From positions 454,518 through 518,517 of the forward strand of contig NMRA01000313.1 in assembly GCA_002633005.1 (NCBI GenBank): a DNA stretch of 64,000 bases, given 5' to 3'. The stretch is from Phoronis australis (lineage: Eukaryota > Animalia > Phoronida). Numbering within the stretch: position 1 is the first letter of the stretch; each line of letters opens with the position of its first letter. Under the pieces are notes generated by a model. That model was not told the DNA's origin. It searched no databases and worked only from the letters and a program-made list of their open reading frames with translations. A program made the position numbers and the translations under genes. This document shows positions 53,620-64,000 of the stretch, piece by piece.

Positions 53620-53820
53620 CTCAGAGTTGAAGATGGCAAATACGCCACTGGACACTATGATTTCTTTCACTTTGTATTCTCGTATAAGTAGTGAGGAAAA
53701 CTGCATCAGTCCCGGTTTCTCAAAACTAGAAACTTGCTCAACAGAGGATTCAGAATCACCTCAAGTGTTATTACGGATGAAGAAAATCTGGCTTGAAAAG
53801 TTTGATAGCGTTAGCGATTG
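53620..53820 (-). other. Probable leader exon upstream of V2; carries the ATG (53706) of a spliced 78-aa ORF
   Basis: Acceptor cttgttttcgttattag, donor GAG|gtaagt. No full-length open frame. Confidence 0.6.
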
Positions 53821-54432
53821 CTAATAACGAAAACAAGGGTTTTGTGATAGGCCCACTTTTGTGAACTGTTTATTGTGTTTGTTGGGCTAATAAAAACATA
53901 GTGTAATAATATGGAGGTGCTCAATTTTATTCAATCTCAATAGTGAATATTAAGAAAACATTTGCTCCATCTGCCCTACACAAACACATTCCAACAGACT
54001 CACCTATTTAGCACACAATATGGCAGAAAAGCAAACTACAACACTTTTGTCAATTTTTTCCACACAAGCATAGATTAAGACAGCTTTAATCTTTCATTAG
54101 CTGTGCTTGTAGTTTGAACTGTCATCAAACAATATTTGGTGACGCTCCCATTGTTTGCACCATGGTAACCAGTGTTTACAAAAACGGTGAAACTGACATT
54201 TTTGCAATTATTTTTTTGCAAAGTAAGTGAAGAATTGACGCAACCATGGGAATACAAACACGCAACTTAATCAATTGCCATCAAACATATCACTGCAAAG
54301 AAGTAAACAACTTGTTCTTTCTATCACTGTAATGTTTTCAAGGCATAGTTTTAACACTACATGACTGTAACAATTAAAGTTAGTTTTTTCAGTGTTTTCA
54401 TCTCTCAGTAACACATTTCTGTCAGGATATTT

Positions 54433-54473
54433 ACATATACATATACATATACATATATATATATATATATATA
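54433..54473. repeat. (CATATA)n/(TA)n microsatellite
   Basis: acatatacatatacatatacatatatatatatatatatat. Confidence 0.95.
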
Positions 54474-54866
54474 CGACTTTACAAAAATGTCCAAATTTGA
54501 CAAACCTCAGAATATTATATCAAAGAAATGGATGATTGAATTCAAATGAAACTTCCGCGTATTATGCATTAATGCGCTCATCTTGAAAAAGGCTTTTAAG
54601 GACTGTTTCTAAAATGTTCCACTTTTGCAAGAGGGACTATAAAAACGTACAAATGAAATAACCAGTAATTCAGAACCTTTAATACTGATTTTGACATTTC
54701 ATCATTAAACAATTCTAGTAACTGTCCACTTATTTCGCACAAAATTAAATATACATTTTCCCATAGTTGGAGTGTGTGTGGTAAACTGAATATAAAGTCT
54801 AGGTCACCATGTTTACAACAACACGAGATATCCCATATGAATGAATGAATGAAGTGACAAATAAAT

Positions 54867-55390
54867 GGTACTTTCCCATTAGGGGAACTTCGGTTTACCG
54901 AAGCTTCACCAAAACTTCGGTTACCTTTCTGACTAGACAGCGATATCGAAATTTAATAATCGCTAAGACACCAGACGACGATTTTTCATTCATAATGTTC
55001 TCAAACAAATATTGAGTAGTGGGTTCGAGGCTAACTTGAAAATTGTTCTCCTGTCATTTACAAGTGATTATGAAAATGATCAGTGTCATTCTTCATAAGA
55101 TATGCTTTCTTTTATTTATTTACGTGCGTCTATTGAGAGTACGTTGGCTACGCTACAGTAACAAAGAACACGTTTTGGGAGTCGCGTGATCGTATATCAT
55201 TGCCACGACCTCTACCGATAAATTCGACAAAGTTTCACTCTGATCGTTCCCACTACACCAAAGTTTCGGAGTACCGAAGCTTTGCTTTTACATCCTACTA
55301 TTTTCAGTGAAGTTTTGTTGAAGATTGACTACCGGAGTTAACCTTTCCCACATACCAAAGGTGAAGTTTTGCCTCCAATGGGAAAGCCCC
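54867..55390. mobile_element. MITE
   Basis: ggtactttcccattagggg ... cctccaatgggaaagcccc, with internal repeated cttcggt/accgaag motifs. Confidence 0.7.
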
Positions 55391-57137
55391 CAGACCTTAC
55401 TATTAACATAATAAAAAGGTGTGTATTACTAGGATTAACGTCAGGGCTTCGCCTGCAGAAATGATCATACATCAGTGTACAAATTATAATTATAATAAAA
55501 AATAATTGCTGGCACTCTGGTACATCCTGTACCAGATGTGCGCATGTAACGCACGTTGGCCCATTGCACTATCAATCACCTGGAACCTTTTTATCATAAC
55601 GTAAAATTGCCGTGAGGACTTGACAGGGACCTCAGGGGTCTCACACTCCACTGATTTATCCACATTATTTTGAAAACGCTTTGCCCAGTCACATATTGTG
55701 TGTCATAAAAGAGATAAGCATACCAGCAGCTGACGTAGCAAGTAGAACTACCCTTGTTTATCACATTGGTGTAGACTCACAGTTGAACTGTGGTTTTCTG
55801 TAGACCCCAGACCATCCCGAGTTGCACCATATACCAACTCCGGGCGGTCTCTCACGACGATTAAGCGTTATGTGCTTTATTAATGTAGGCCTATAGTGTG
55901 CAAACTAGGTGAGGCAAGAATTAAGTCCCACCATGTATCCCTGTGTGAAATAAGCCGAGAGACAAAATATTATTTTTGTAAATAATTTTGGGAGTGCAAA
56001 TGGGGTGATTGTGCTAAATTAGTGGAAAATTACAGCACATCAATAGAAATTAAGTAATGTTAGTGATACTGTTGTTTTGCTATAAATGTCCATTTTTTGC
56101 TTACTTAACAAAATAGACACCCAATTAATGGCATATTGGTATTAAGACAAAAATCAAATTTTGTAGGCTTTCAACTTTCACAAGATATGCTCACTAAGTT
56201 GAATTTTACAATTATTTATGGTTTTGACTAAATACACTGACTTACCCATCTTGATGAATGGGTTGGTATAAAAATGGAAAAGGTATCATCAACCCAACCC
56301 AATAATACCAGAACTTGTTACACAACAGGAACATGTATTATGAAGAGCTATAAACACCACAGAACCAAAGTAGACAGAGGTGCACACAACTTTCAAACCA
56401 AGATCATACATTTTCAGTGTTTTCAGTAGGCTGAATCATGAAATATTGGGAGCAGTGTTAGTTGAAGCACTTTTTGCAGCCCGTTGTTTCAACCTCATTT
56501 GTTTACATACATTAAGATTACATGAGGTGCCATCTTTTGTTTTCTTTAATCATAAACTGGTGTGAGTTTCTACATCGTGCCATAGCGTTCTGTTAAACAA
56601 AAATATATAATTCACAAGACAGTGAGATAGTGGTAACCAGTGCCAAAGTTTTCTTGTGACAAACTTACATTTACAAAAAACTGCTACCAAAGCCTTGTGT
56701 ACAAGTTGCATCAACTATAAACTAAAAAATTGCCAGTCACAAATCTACTCTACTGAGTCAGTTAAAATCTAACATCAGCTGCAAAGACATAACACATTTC
56801 AGTTTGTGGCTCCACCTGGTGTCAAGAGTTGAGCTGCTATTATTGACTATTGTTGTGCAGGACATTCAGCCCACAATATGCAATGACAATAAAAACCCTC
56901 AACACCTGCAATTTTGTTGTGAAGAAAATTCTATTAAGAGCCATTAGCATTATGAGAAATCTAAAGACGGCTTACAATTTCCCAATGGTAATTCTAATAC
57001 ATGGCAAAAATGAAATGGCTATATTTATTTCAACAGTGTTCTGCAGTTTTTCATGTGTGCAATTTCTTTCTATACTGTATGTAAATGACTGCAGGGACTA
57101 ATGGTACACTTATGTATGAATGTATTAAGATACTCAC

Positions 57138-57204
57138 AAAATTCTAGAGCTTGCGCTCCAATAGCGGGAGGTTCCAATATGGCTTGAGTAGTTATCTTCA
57201 ACAG
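57138..57204 (-). CDS. V1 exon b
   Basis: Acceptor aattttgtttatag, 67 nt, phase 1-2: (A)VEDNYSSHIGTSRYWSASSRI, donor TT|gtgagt. In frame with exon a and phase-compatible with C1. Confidence 0.68.
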
Positions 57205-57469
57205 CTATAAACAAAATTCAAGAATTAGTTAATCAGTTGAAACATAAGTATGGTATAGTACAAATTAGTCAAATAACAAAAGTAAAATTTCACTAAAGAT
57301 CTGCAAACAAGTCATGGTTTTGAAATGAAATTTCATTTTCTTCTTTTTTAATTTTGTTCTAGATTAAGAATGCACAGTTCTTTAACTCAGAATTTGAAGT
57401 TTAGACCTGGCTCAGTCAAGTCCGCACACTGTCATGTAAAACATTAATGGACTAGTTAGGCCTACTAAC

Positions 57470-57875
57470 CACAGCAAACTGATCCCTTGCATGAAATATG
57501 TTTTTGTGGTGCATCTACTCTGGAGTAGTTACAGGTTTTGCCCAGCATCAGGCCTGTGGTGCCTCTTCTTAAACGGGGGGAAACTTGAACAATTCTCCTT
57601 GCACTTGAACATCGAGGCACATGGTTGACCAGAAACTGGGAACCCAGTTTTGATGGGAAAATTGGTCTGGAAATGTCACCACAATCATTTGTGTCCACCA
57701 ATGAATCATGGAAAAATCGAAGAGACACGATGCTGGGTTTCCCCTTGGGTGTTTGAATTCCTGCAGATTGTTGAGATTGTACGAAGTTGGAATGTTTGTC
57801 CAAATTGTTCAAGTCAGCAACCTGGCAACTTGAAGAATTCTTTCGTAACTCATTGGTCCAATAATCGCCTTTCAT
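57470..57875 (-). CDS. Most distal variable N-terminus V1, exon a (135 aa)
   Basis: agaATG, 406 nt open (MKGDYWTNELRKN...SIVSLRFFHDSLV...KGSVCC), phase-1 donor G|gttagt. Lies at the edge of a CpG-retaining region. Confidence 0.68.
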
Positions 57876-59265
57876 TCTTTTCAACTGTCTGAACACACTG
57901 ACTTTTCACCCGATTTTTGACACGAATGATGTTGATTTGACTTGGCACGGCACTTCTTTGCGAAAATTTCTTGCTAGCCAGCTGGAAAAGAGGAGGTAAA
58001 TTTGTCGTCTGGTCAAGTTTTCACGTGTTGGCTGGGATCCCATTGAACGACGATGTGTTAAATCTTGCTCCATTAACACCAATATCAATGTCAACAATTC
58101 TATCACTTAACAATTGGTACATTTTGCATGCTTCAAGTATCCGGCTCACACGTGCATAGTACTAAAATACCTTTCAAGTGGAGAATCTTTTCAATGCGAT
58201 TTTCCAGGTGAGCGAACGCATGCACAACAGTCAGAGAGAACGAGCGCTGTATTAAAGCGACATCTGGTGTACAGTTCGCTCTTTTCTGGGTCAGTGTGTG
58301 AACTTCGAATTGAACATTATTACAATAATCATGTAAAAGTTTTTGTTCGTTGTAAAGAATTGTTGTAATAACTGGCCCTACAATTTTCTCATTTGCCGGA
58401 ACTTGTCTGATAGAATCGGAGGAATGTGTGAATGGTTAATCGATTATTGTTTGGTGAGTAGCTCGCCTGTAGTTGGAAAGTAGTTTAACATTATTGCGTT
58501 GTTTTACTAACATGTGATTCGCTATACTGCAGTGCAATTTTTTCAGCGTGAATGCATTTATTTGAATACATTTGCCAAGTTTCGTAATGTATTCCAAGTT
58601 CACGGATACGCGATCTTGAGAATTGCCTAATCAAGTACAGCAGAACGGTTGCAATCAAGATCCGCTGTAGTCTGGTGTACGGTAGCCCAACCAAAGATAG
58701 AAGACCTCTAATGTTACCAGGATAATCAAGTCAGCAACACAAACGTTACGTGGATCCTGGACCTTGGATACTCAGGTAAATACGATAACCGGATCTATCG
58801 TGTGCCCCTGACTGATGTCGCACAGACCAAGTAGTCTACTGATGTACACTGTATCGTGATTATATTTCTTTGCTATTATTATGCCTTTGTGGTAGTATCT
58901 CCCGTTTCATATATTAGTTTCTTTGTTTAGCTCTATATTTACGTATAATACGGAATTGTCACCATTGTTCCTTTGTTATTACCTGTCTCGACCTTAAATA
59001 ATTTTTACTGGCGTTTTTTATTGCTCATGTTTCCTTAGATATCATGTTACTACTAGACAATTTTCTTACATTGCGTTGCAACACTATTGTAATCATGATA
59101 AATTACCTATTTACGCTAACCTTCGGTCTCCATTTCATCTCTGGAAACCAGCTAATATTGCATGCCGAGTCCTGGTGTCGAAAATATACTTTTTATATAC
59201 CTGTCATTTACGCATCGTTACTGTCCGTCACACACCGAGCGTCACATCCAGGATGGCGGATCTAA

Positions 59266-59386
59266 CATGGGCGGCGCGCCATAGGGGGCTGGGGGCTATA
59301 GCCCCACTTTTCCCAGAGCTGCGCCGCCCATGGCAATGCACAAGGGGGCTACAGCCCTCACTTTTTTCAGTGCTGCGCCGTCCATG
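59266..59386. mobile_element. Small GC-rich MITE with a duplicated right end
   Basis: catgggcggcgc ... gcgccgcccatg (59332) and a second end gcgccgtccatg (59386). TCTAA direct repeat on both flanks. Confidence 0.75.
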
Positions 59387-59639
59387 TCTAAGACGCTGTC
59401 CCAGAAATTTCGCAAGGTTCCTAACCCTAATTTTGAAAGAAAACCTCGCATAAGCCCTGAAAACAGCATGACGCCGGGCCGGCGTTTTTTTAGGTCTTGC
59501 CTCCTGTCTTCTCTTACGACACACATGTCGATCGGGAATCAAAATAACGAACCAAGGCTCTGCACGCGTTGAAAATCTCCATATGAGATTCACAAGGCAA
59601 TTGTAAATTAGGTTGGTATTTCAAACCTCAGCCACATAT

Positions 59640-60600
59640 CTAGCAGAGGCCCCTGATGGATATAGTGTAGTTCTTGTTTTGTTTTCGCGACCAGGTGCCT
59701 TGCTAGTTGTATCAAACTTAAACAGTATTACTATGGTAGCAAATCCATTGTTGTTTTTATTAACATATACAGTATAACCGATGAAAGCAATGTTTCAGCG
59801 CAGTTTAGTCAAGAGAGCGATTTCAATTTGTTATTGGGTGTAACTGTATTCAATAATTTTTCCTCTTCTTGTTTGTGAATGATTTCCAAGTGATTTGCAA
59901 AATGCACGGTTTGTTTGTAAATATTGGTCTATCAAAATAACTTTATATTTAATTGCTGCTCTTTGCAGATTACTTGGTTCTAATTACAGATATCGCTATT
60001 GCTGTGAAATAACAGATCATCAAACTAGAAGAATATTGTAGTAAATGGAAGTGTCGTGTGAATACTGTCGAAAAGAAAAATGATCGTCTTCCGACAAAGA
60101 TCAGAATACTTGAACAATTACGAGAAATGGAATTTATTAGTTGAAACGGTACAAACGACTTCGGACGGAGTATGATTATTTGGGTACCAAATTTACTCCT
60201 AAGGGTGTATTTATAAAAGCACAAATATCCCGTCTGTCAAAAGTTATTTTCGTACTTAAAGGCACATGTCTATACACAGTGACATCCCTGTGCAAATGAG
60301 GTTAAAAACGTTTAACACAAAAATATTCCGATTATGTTGTATGGTGCAGATTCGACGATTTCGATTGGAGGATTTGACCCTACCCAAAACATCCACATCA
60401 ATGAAGTAAATTTTACTGCGATTTGGTCAGCTTGTCTCAAACGCTGCAATGGGAGGAGAGCTTGATAGAGTTCCAGTAAGGGTACATCTCTATTACAAAG
60501 ATTGTTCAAAACTGATTTTGAGTAGGCAATTTTGATAAGGTGGACGAAATGTTTAAATTTTAGTGATATCTTTCAACAGATGAAACGCATCCCTGAGGAA
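59640..60600 (+). mobile_element. Decayed LINE reverse-transcriptase fragment (L2 group, Crack/Daphne-like)
   Basis: Ordered remnants LFLFVNDF, LLLFADYLVL (FADY at 59962-59973, a mutated FADD), KLEEYCSKWKCRVN, YDYLGTKFTPKG (60171), PIMLYGA (60328) and GELDRVP (60455). Interrupted by stops and frameshifts. Confidence 0.85.
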
Positions 60601-60638
60601 TATAAAAGAAAGAGTAACTACAAAAGCAATTCCTAACA

Positions 60639-60792
60639 GAGTGGCGGATTTAAGGGGGGGGGGCAAGGCCCCCCTAAAATTCTCCCATATTCCATTTGGC
60701 ACTTTGGGGGTGGGAATGTCTGAAGGGCAAATTTCTGGCTAATACTCTGCCCTGACCCCCTCCCCCAACTCAAAATCCTTGATCCGCCCCTG
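60639..60792. mobile_element. GC-rich MITE (CAGGGGCGGATC-type ends)
   Basis: agtggcggatttaagg ... ccttgatccgcccctg with internal G and C runs. No clear TSD. Confidence 0.75.
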
Positions 60793-61533
60793 TAAAAGTA
60801 TTTTGGAGAACATGGGTTAAAGCATACTATCTGAAAATTTCACACCAATCAGAACAGGAATTTCTGAGATACGATGTCCTGAAGTTAGCCAAATTTGGCT
60901 ATTTTTCTAGGGTCCAACATAACCTTAACGGCAAATGGAGTTCTCAATCATCAATTATCTCAATGGCTAAAAGCAACACTGAAAATTATTAGTAATGCAG
61001 GACAATATAGCCATGACTGACTCTCGTTTTAAATGGTTAAAACAATGAACATAATGGACAAAACACCAATGTTCTTTGAAACTTATGGGATCACAAGTTG
61101 GAGGAACACAATACTGTGAACCTGCATAAGGTGGACATGCACAAGTTGAAGAGTCGCTCCAGTTCCTGCACTCAGCCCTTCAGATAGGCCTGATTTCGCA
61201 TTATTTGCTTAAAATCTCTCAGTCTGACTGAATCCGACTTAAGCCAGTTTCACCGTATTAATCCAGTACAATTTTTTACACTAAGCAAGATTCACAAAAA
61301 TGTTCAATTTTGAGATACTCTTTCTTTATTTATAAACAGACAAGAACAAAATAATTTCTCAGAATAATAGGGTTTTCCTTGCTCTATGTTGAACATAATG
61401 AATTCAATTGTTTTGTGAGATGTTAAATAAATGAATATACAAAATAAAAAGAAAACCTCTGGTAATGACAGATAAATACAACAGAAAATTTAGACACCAT
61501 AATTTATTATTAAACTCTGTGGACAAATTAATA

Positions 61534-61665
61534 CTATAAAATGCTTTCCGGATAAAACAGAGTAGATAATCTGATAGAAATGGCTGCAAGTAAAATAAAA
61601 GTTGCTAGCTTTAACCAGATGGACACAGAAGTTGAGTGTTGGGCTGACCTTTCTGTTTCCTCTAC
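61534..61665 (-). CDS. CDKAL1: CDKAL1 terminal coding exon with C-terminal hydrophobic tail anchor
   Basis: Acceptor gtcttttcag, phase 0, in frame with the previous exon. VEETERSAQHSTSVSIWLKLATFILLAAISIRLSTLFYPESIL then TAG. The hydrophobic stretch fits the known ER tail anchor of CDKAL1. Minus-strand AATAAA at 61503-61508 and 61325-61330. Confidence 0.88.
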   Translation of the reverse strand, partial: VEETERSAQHSTSVSIWLKLATFILLAAISIRLSTLFYPESIL

Positions 61666-62163
61666 CTGAAAAGACGAATGGCCATACTTTATGAAATTAC
61701 TTGTGAACAATGATATTACAATTAAAATCTGACTTCAGTAAACTTCACTTCTTTGAGAAATAATACCAAATGCCCAATGTATCTTGCCTTTGTCAACCTT
61801 TGATTAAAAAACCTTTGAATTAGACAACTTACTGCTATAAAATTAGTCTTCATGTGTACGATTCTTACAGAAGAAGTGATTTCAAGGCTTGGGATGAACT
61901 GAAAAACTGATTTTGCAGAAGACTGAACTTTGCTACAAGGACTTCGTAGTGTGTCATTTCCTGCGCCAAAAACAAAATGGCTAACACCACAACCTTAAGT
62001 AGTTTATGGGTAGTGGCTTTCAATCATAAAAATAAAAATAAAGTCCCAAAAAAACACCACACATCCTCTAAAGCATGTGAATAATATCCAATACAAGAAA
62101 TGTAAAGTGACATGTAAGATTGGCTAGTAAGAGCTTTTAGAAAACAATAGACAATTGACAGCT

Positions 62164-62178
62164 GTTGCCACCTGGTGG
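62164..62178 (-). promoter_or_regulatory. CTCF-like motif in the last CDKAL1 intron
   Basis: Minus strand CCACCAGGTGGCAAC. Motif match only. Confidence 0.4.
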
Positions 62179-62700
62179 TAATAGGAGATACATGCTTCAA
62201 CTTTTCTATGGTTTTATTGGTCATGTTCACAACTTTCAATTTGATTATCTATCACTGCTCATGTCTGAGGTGTTTAAGTTGAGAAACTAAAACATCAGAC
62301 ACGAGTGATAAGCTGTCATGGGTGCGAATTTGGGAGTTTGTGTTTAGATGAATGACCAATACTGGTTGCACAAAAACAATTGTCAAAATGATCGTTTTTC
62401 CAATTTTCAAAGGCTGACTACCCTGCTCAAATAACGGAAAATTTATCAAAGGTTGTTTTATGATCTTCACACACTACAAACCATATGGGTAATGGAGCAA
62501 AATGGTCTTAGTCTTAACTTTTGTGGAACAACTTGACTGCCATTGTAAGTCACAAGAAAGTGACTTATTGGCATCTTGCCAGCTGAAATTTTCCAACAAC
62601 GTACATTCACAAAGATGTACATTGTCGAAAATGAGCATTAATTCAAAAACTGTGGCGAAACATCCGATGCGTGGTCGAGAAACCACTGCATGTCACTTAC

Positions 62701-62868
62701 ACACTGTACTCCAGACACTTCTCCTTTGGCTAAAGGAGTGGGTACGCCAACAGGGCGCGCTGCTGCAGATGGGTCCAGGAGTTCTCCCATCATGTAGTGC
62801 TTGCCTGTCGAGGTGATACGCACGGTCACCATCTTACCCATAAGGTCATCCATCTTTGGCACTAACAC
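62701..62868 (-). CDS. CDKAL1: CDKAL1 (tRNA t6A methylthiotransferase) penultimate coding exon, end of TRAM domain
   Basis: Acceptor ctttgttcgcag, 168 nt phase 0-0, donor TGT|gtaagt. Translates VLVPKMDDLMGKMVTVRITSTGKHYMMGELLDPSAAARPVGVPTPLAKGEVSGVQC, matching the recalled CDKAL1 pattern VLVPK...MGKMV.V.I...GKH.M.G...PLAKGEVSG. Upstream exons lie beyond the window end. Confidence 0.95.
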
Positions 62869-64000
62869 CTGCGAACAAAGGGAAGATCAAACTACCTCTG
62901 ATGTCAATACGGAGTACAGGCATGGTTACGTGCAAGTTTAATACTAGGTTCACATGAGTGGTGAAAATTCCATGTTTTCAGTGCCAATAACATCCAGCAT
63001 TTTAACATGACAGATGTAGTGTCCACACAGTACCAATAGTAAATCAGTTTCCTCAGCACCCAAATTGCTTTTAATAGAAACAAATTCGTCCACTGCAATA
63101 ATTAGTAATCACTGCAACAATAAACACAGGCCTACTTCCTGTGTGCATGTAGGCGTCCTGGCTACAAAAGTGTAGGCCGAAATGCGAGCAGTTTTGGAGT
63201 AACTCAAACTGCTGGAAAAAGAGACATTTGCTATCCTTCACATTACTGGCATTTTCACTACTTGCTAAACTGCAAACAAAATAAGTATTAACCAGTTTGT
63301 GAATGGGGCATGTAAGAAAATCTGAAGACAAGGATTTTCCTATTTTTTTTGCTAGATACATCAACAAATCATAATATACAGTACAAACCAAATGTATTCA
63401 GACAAAATGACCCTATATTCCCTGTCATGATGGCTGGGCATTAGCCGAATTCACCATCAGAGTTGTCTCCCCTTGTGACCGAGAATGAAGAGGAATGCGT
63501 TCCACTACATTAAAACACATTACTGAGACTAACACACATACATATTAAAGAGTACGTGTGTATGATGCGTTTCATGATACAAAAGGTGTCACTGAAAGTC
63601 TCGAGCAAAATACTACCAACCTGATCATAGGCTTTGTTGTGTCCAACAAAATACTGCTTGTCATGTGACACCTCTGTAACCAATACAGACTGAACCTGAC
63701 CGAGCTGAAAACAAAATGTGTACTTACATTAGTACCAAACAGGGCAATTCTGAAATATGCTGAAATATGAAAACAAAGGTCACACAGAAGCAACACTGCT
63801 GTTAAGGACAAAAATATTTGGATAAATAAAGATAGGAATTCAGAGAGGCTTGGGTTACTTAATCTTCCCATGTATGCAAAATGCACCCAACATCGACACG
63901 GTGACATTTATCAAATAAACTTAAACAAGCTGGAATAAAATTTGGCTTTGTGCACAACGATGTCTTAACATTTTTGAGCACCACAGTAATGAGGCTATTA

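Noticed and set aside
10350-56250. Other strong minus-strand donors near 10356, 11307, 15881, 17847, 19024, 25005, 28410, 48594, 52143 and 56246
   Set aside because: Upstream ATGs are in phase 0 or 1, absent, or only a few codons long (52143 is phase 2 but 7 codons). They show that chance donors are common, which is why the short V candidates have low confidence.
46401-58073. Selenoprotein reading through in-frame TGAs in V1a, exon 53820-53620 and exon 46444
   Set aside because: Exon phases do not join these frames, a TAG follows soon after the TGA at 46403, and I could not recognise a SECIS.
18796-58726. RFX X-box-like sites (GTTGCTAGGTATT 18796, GTTACCAGGATAAT 58713)
   Set aside because: Each has two mismatches and such matches are expected by chance in 64 kb.
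59044-59593. Several 70-125 aa ORFs on both strands
   Set aside because: They result from local GC richness and the MITE; no splice or homology support.

Overview
AT-rich, intron-rich animal genomic DNA, not prokaryotic. The repeat style suggests a marine invertebrate deuterostome such as a hemichordate or echinoderm (inference). Most of the ORF track is noise. Two spliced genes lie on the minus strand. (1) The last two coding exons of CDKAL1 (62868-62701, TRAM-domain end; 61665-61534, hydrophobic tail anchor and stop). (2) A ~55-kb gene whose C-terminus (ADPLNGAEVVFQQRLAELATLEADTVRWERNRKMKKK) resembles the C8orf89 family as I recall it. Five constant exons (10164-9962, 6288-6133, 5446-5360, 4180-4046, 2602-2457) splice in frame. 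Upstream, across ~47 kb, sit seven long and up to four short ATG-initiated coding exons that all end at phase-2 GT donors matching the phase-2 acceptor at 10164. This looks like a variable-first-exon/constant-region cluster, as in protocadherin or UGT1A loci. Six of the seven long N-termini share a short hydrophobic-x-hydrophobic-x-[MF] motif. Among these exons lie a transposon-like element carrying 11 CTCF-like motifs in a higher-order repeat, several MITEs, decayed LINE fragments and a minisatellite. All gene structures were deduced by hand from splice signals and reading-frame phase, and none has transcript support here.
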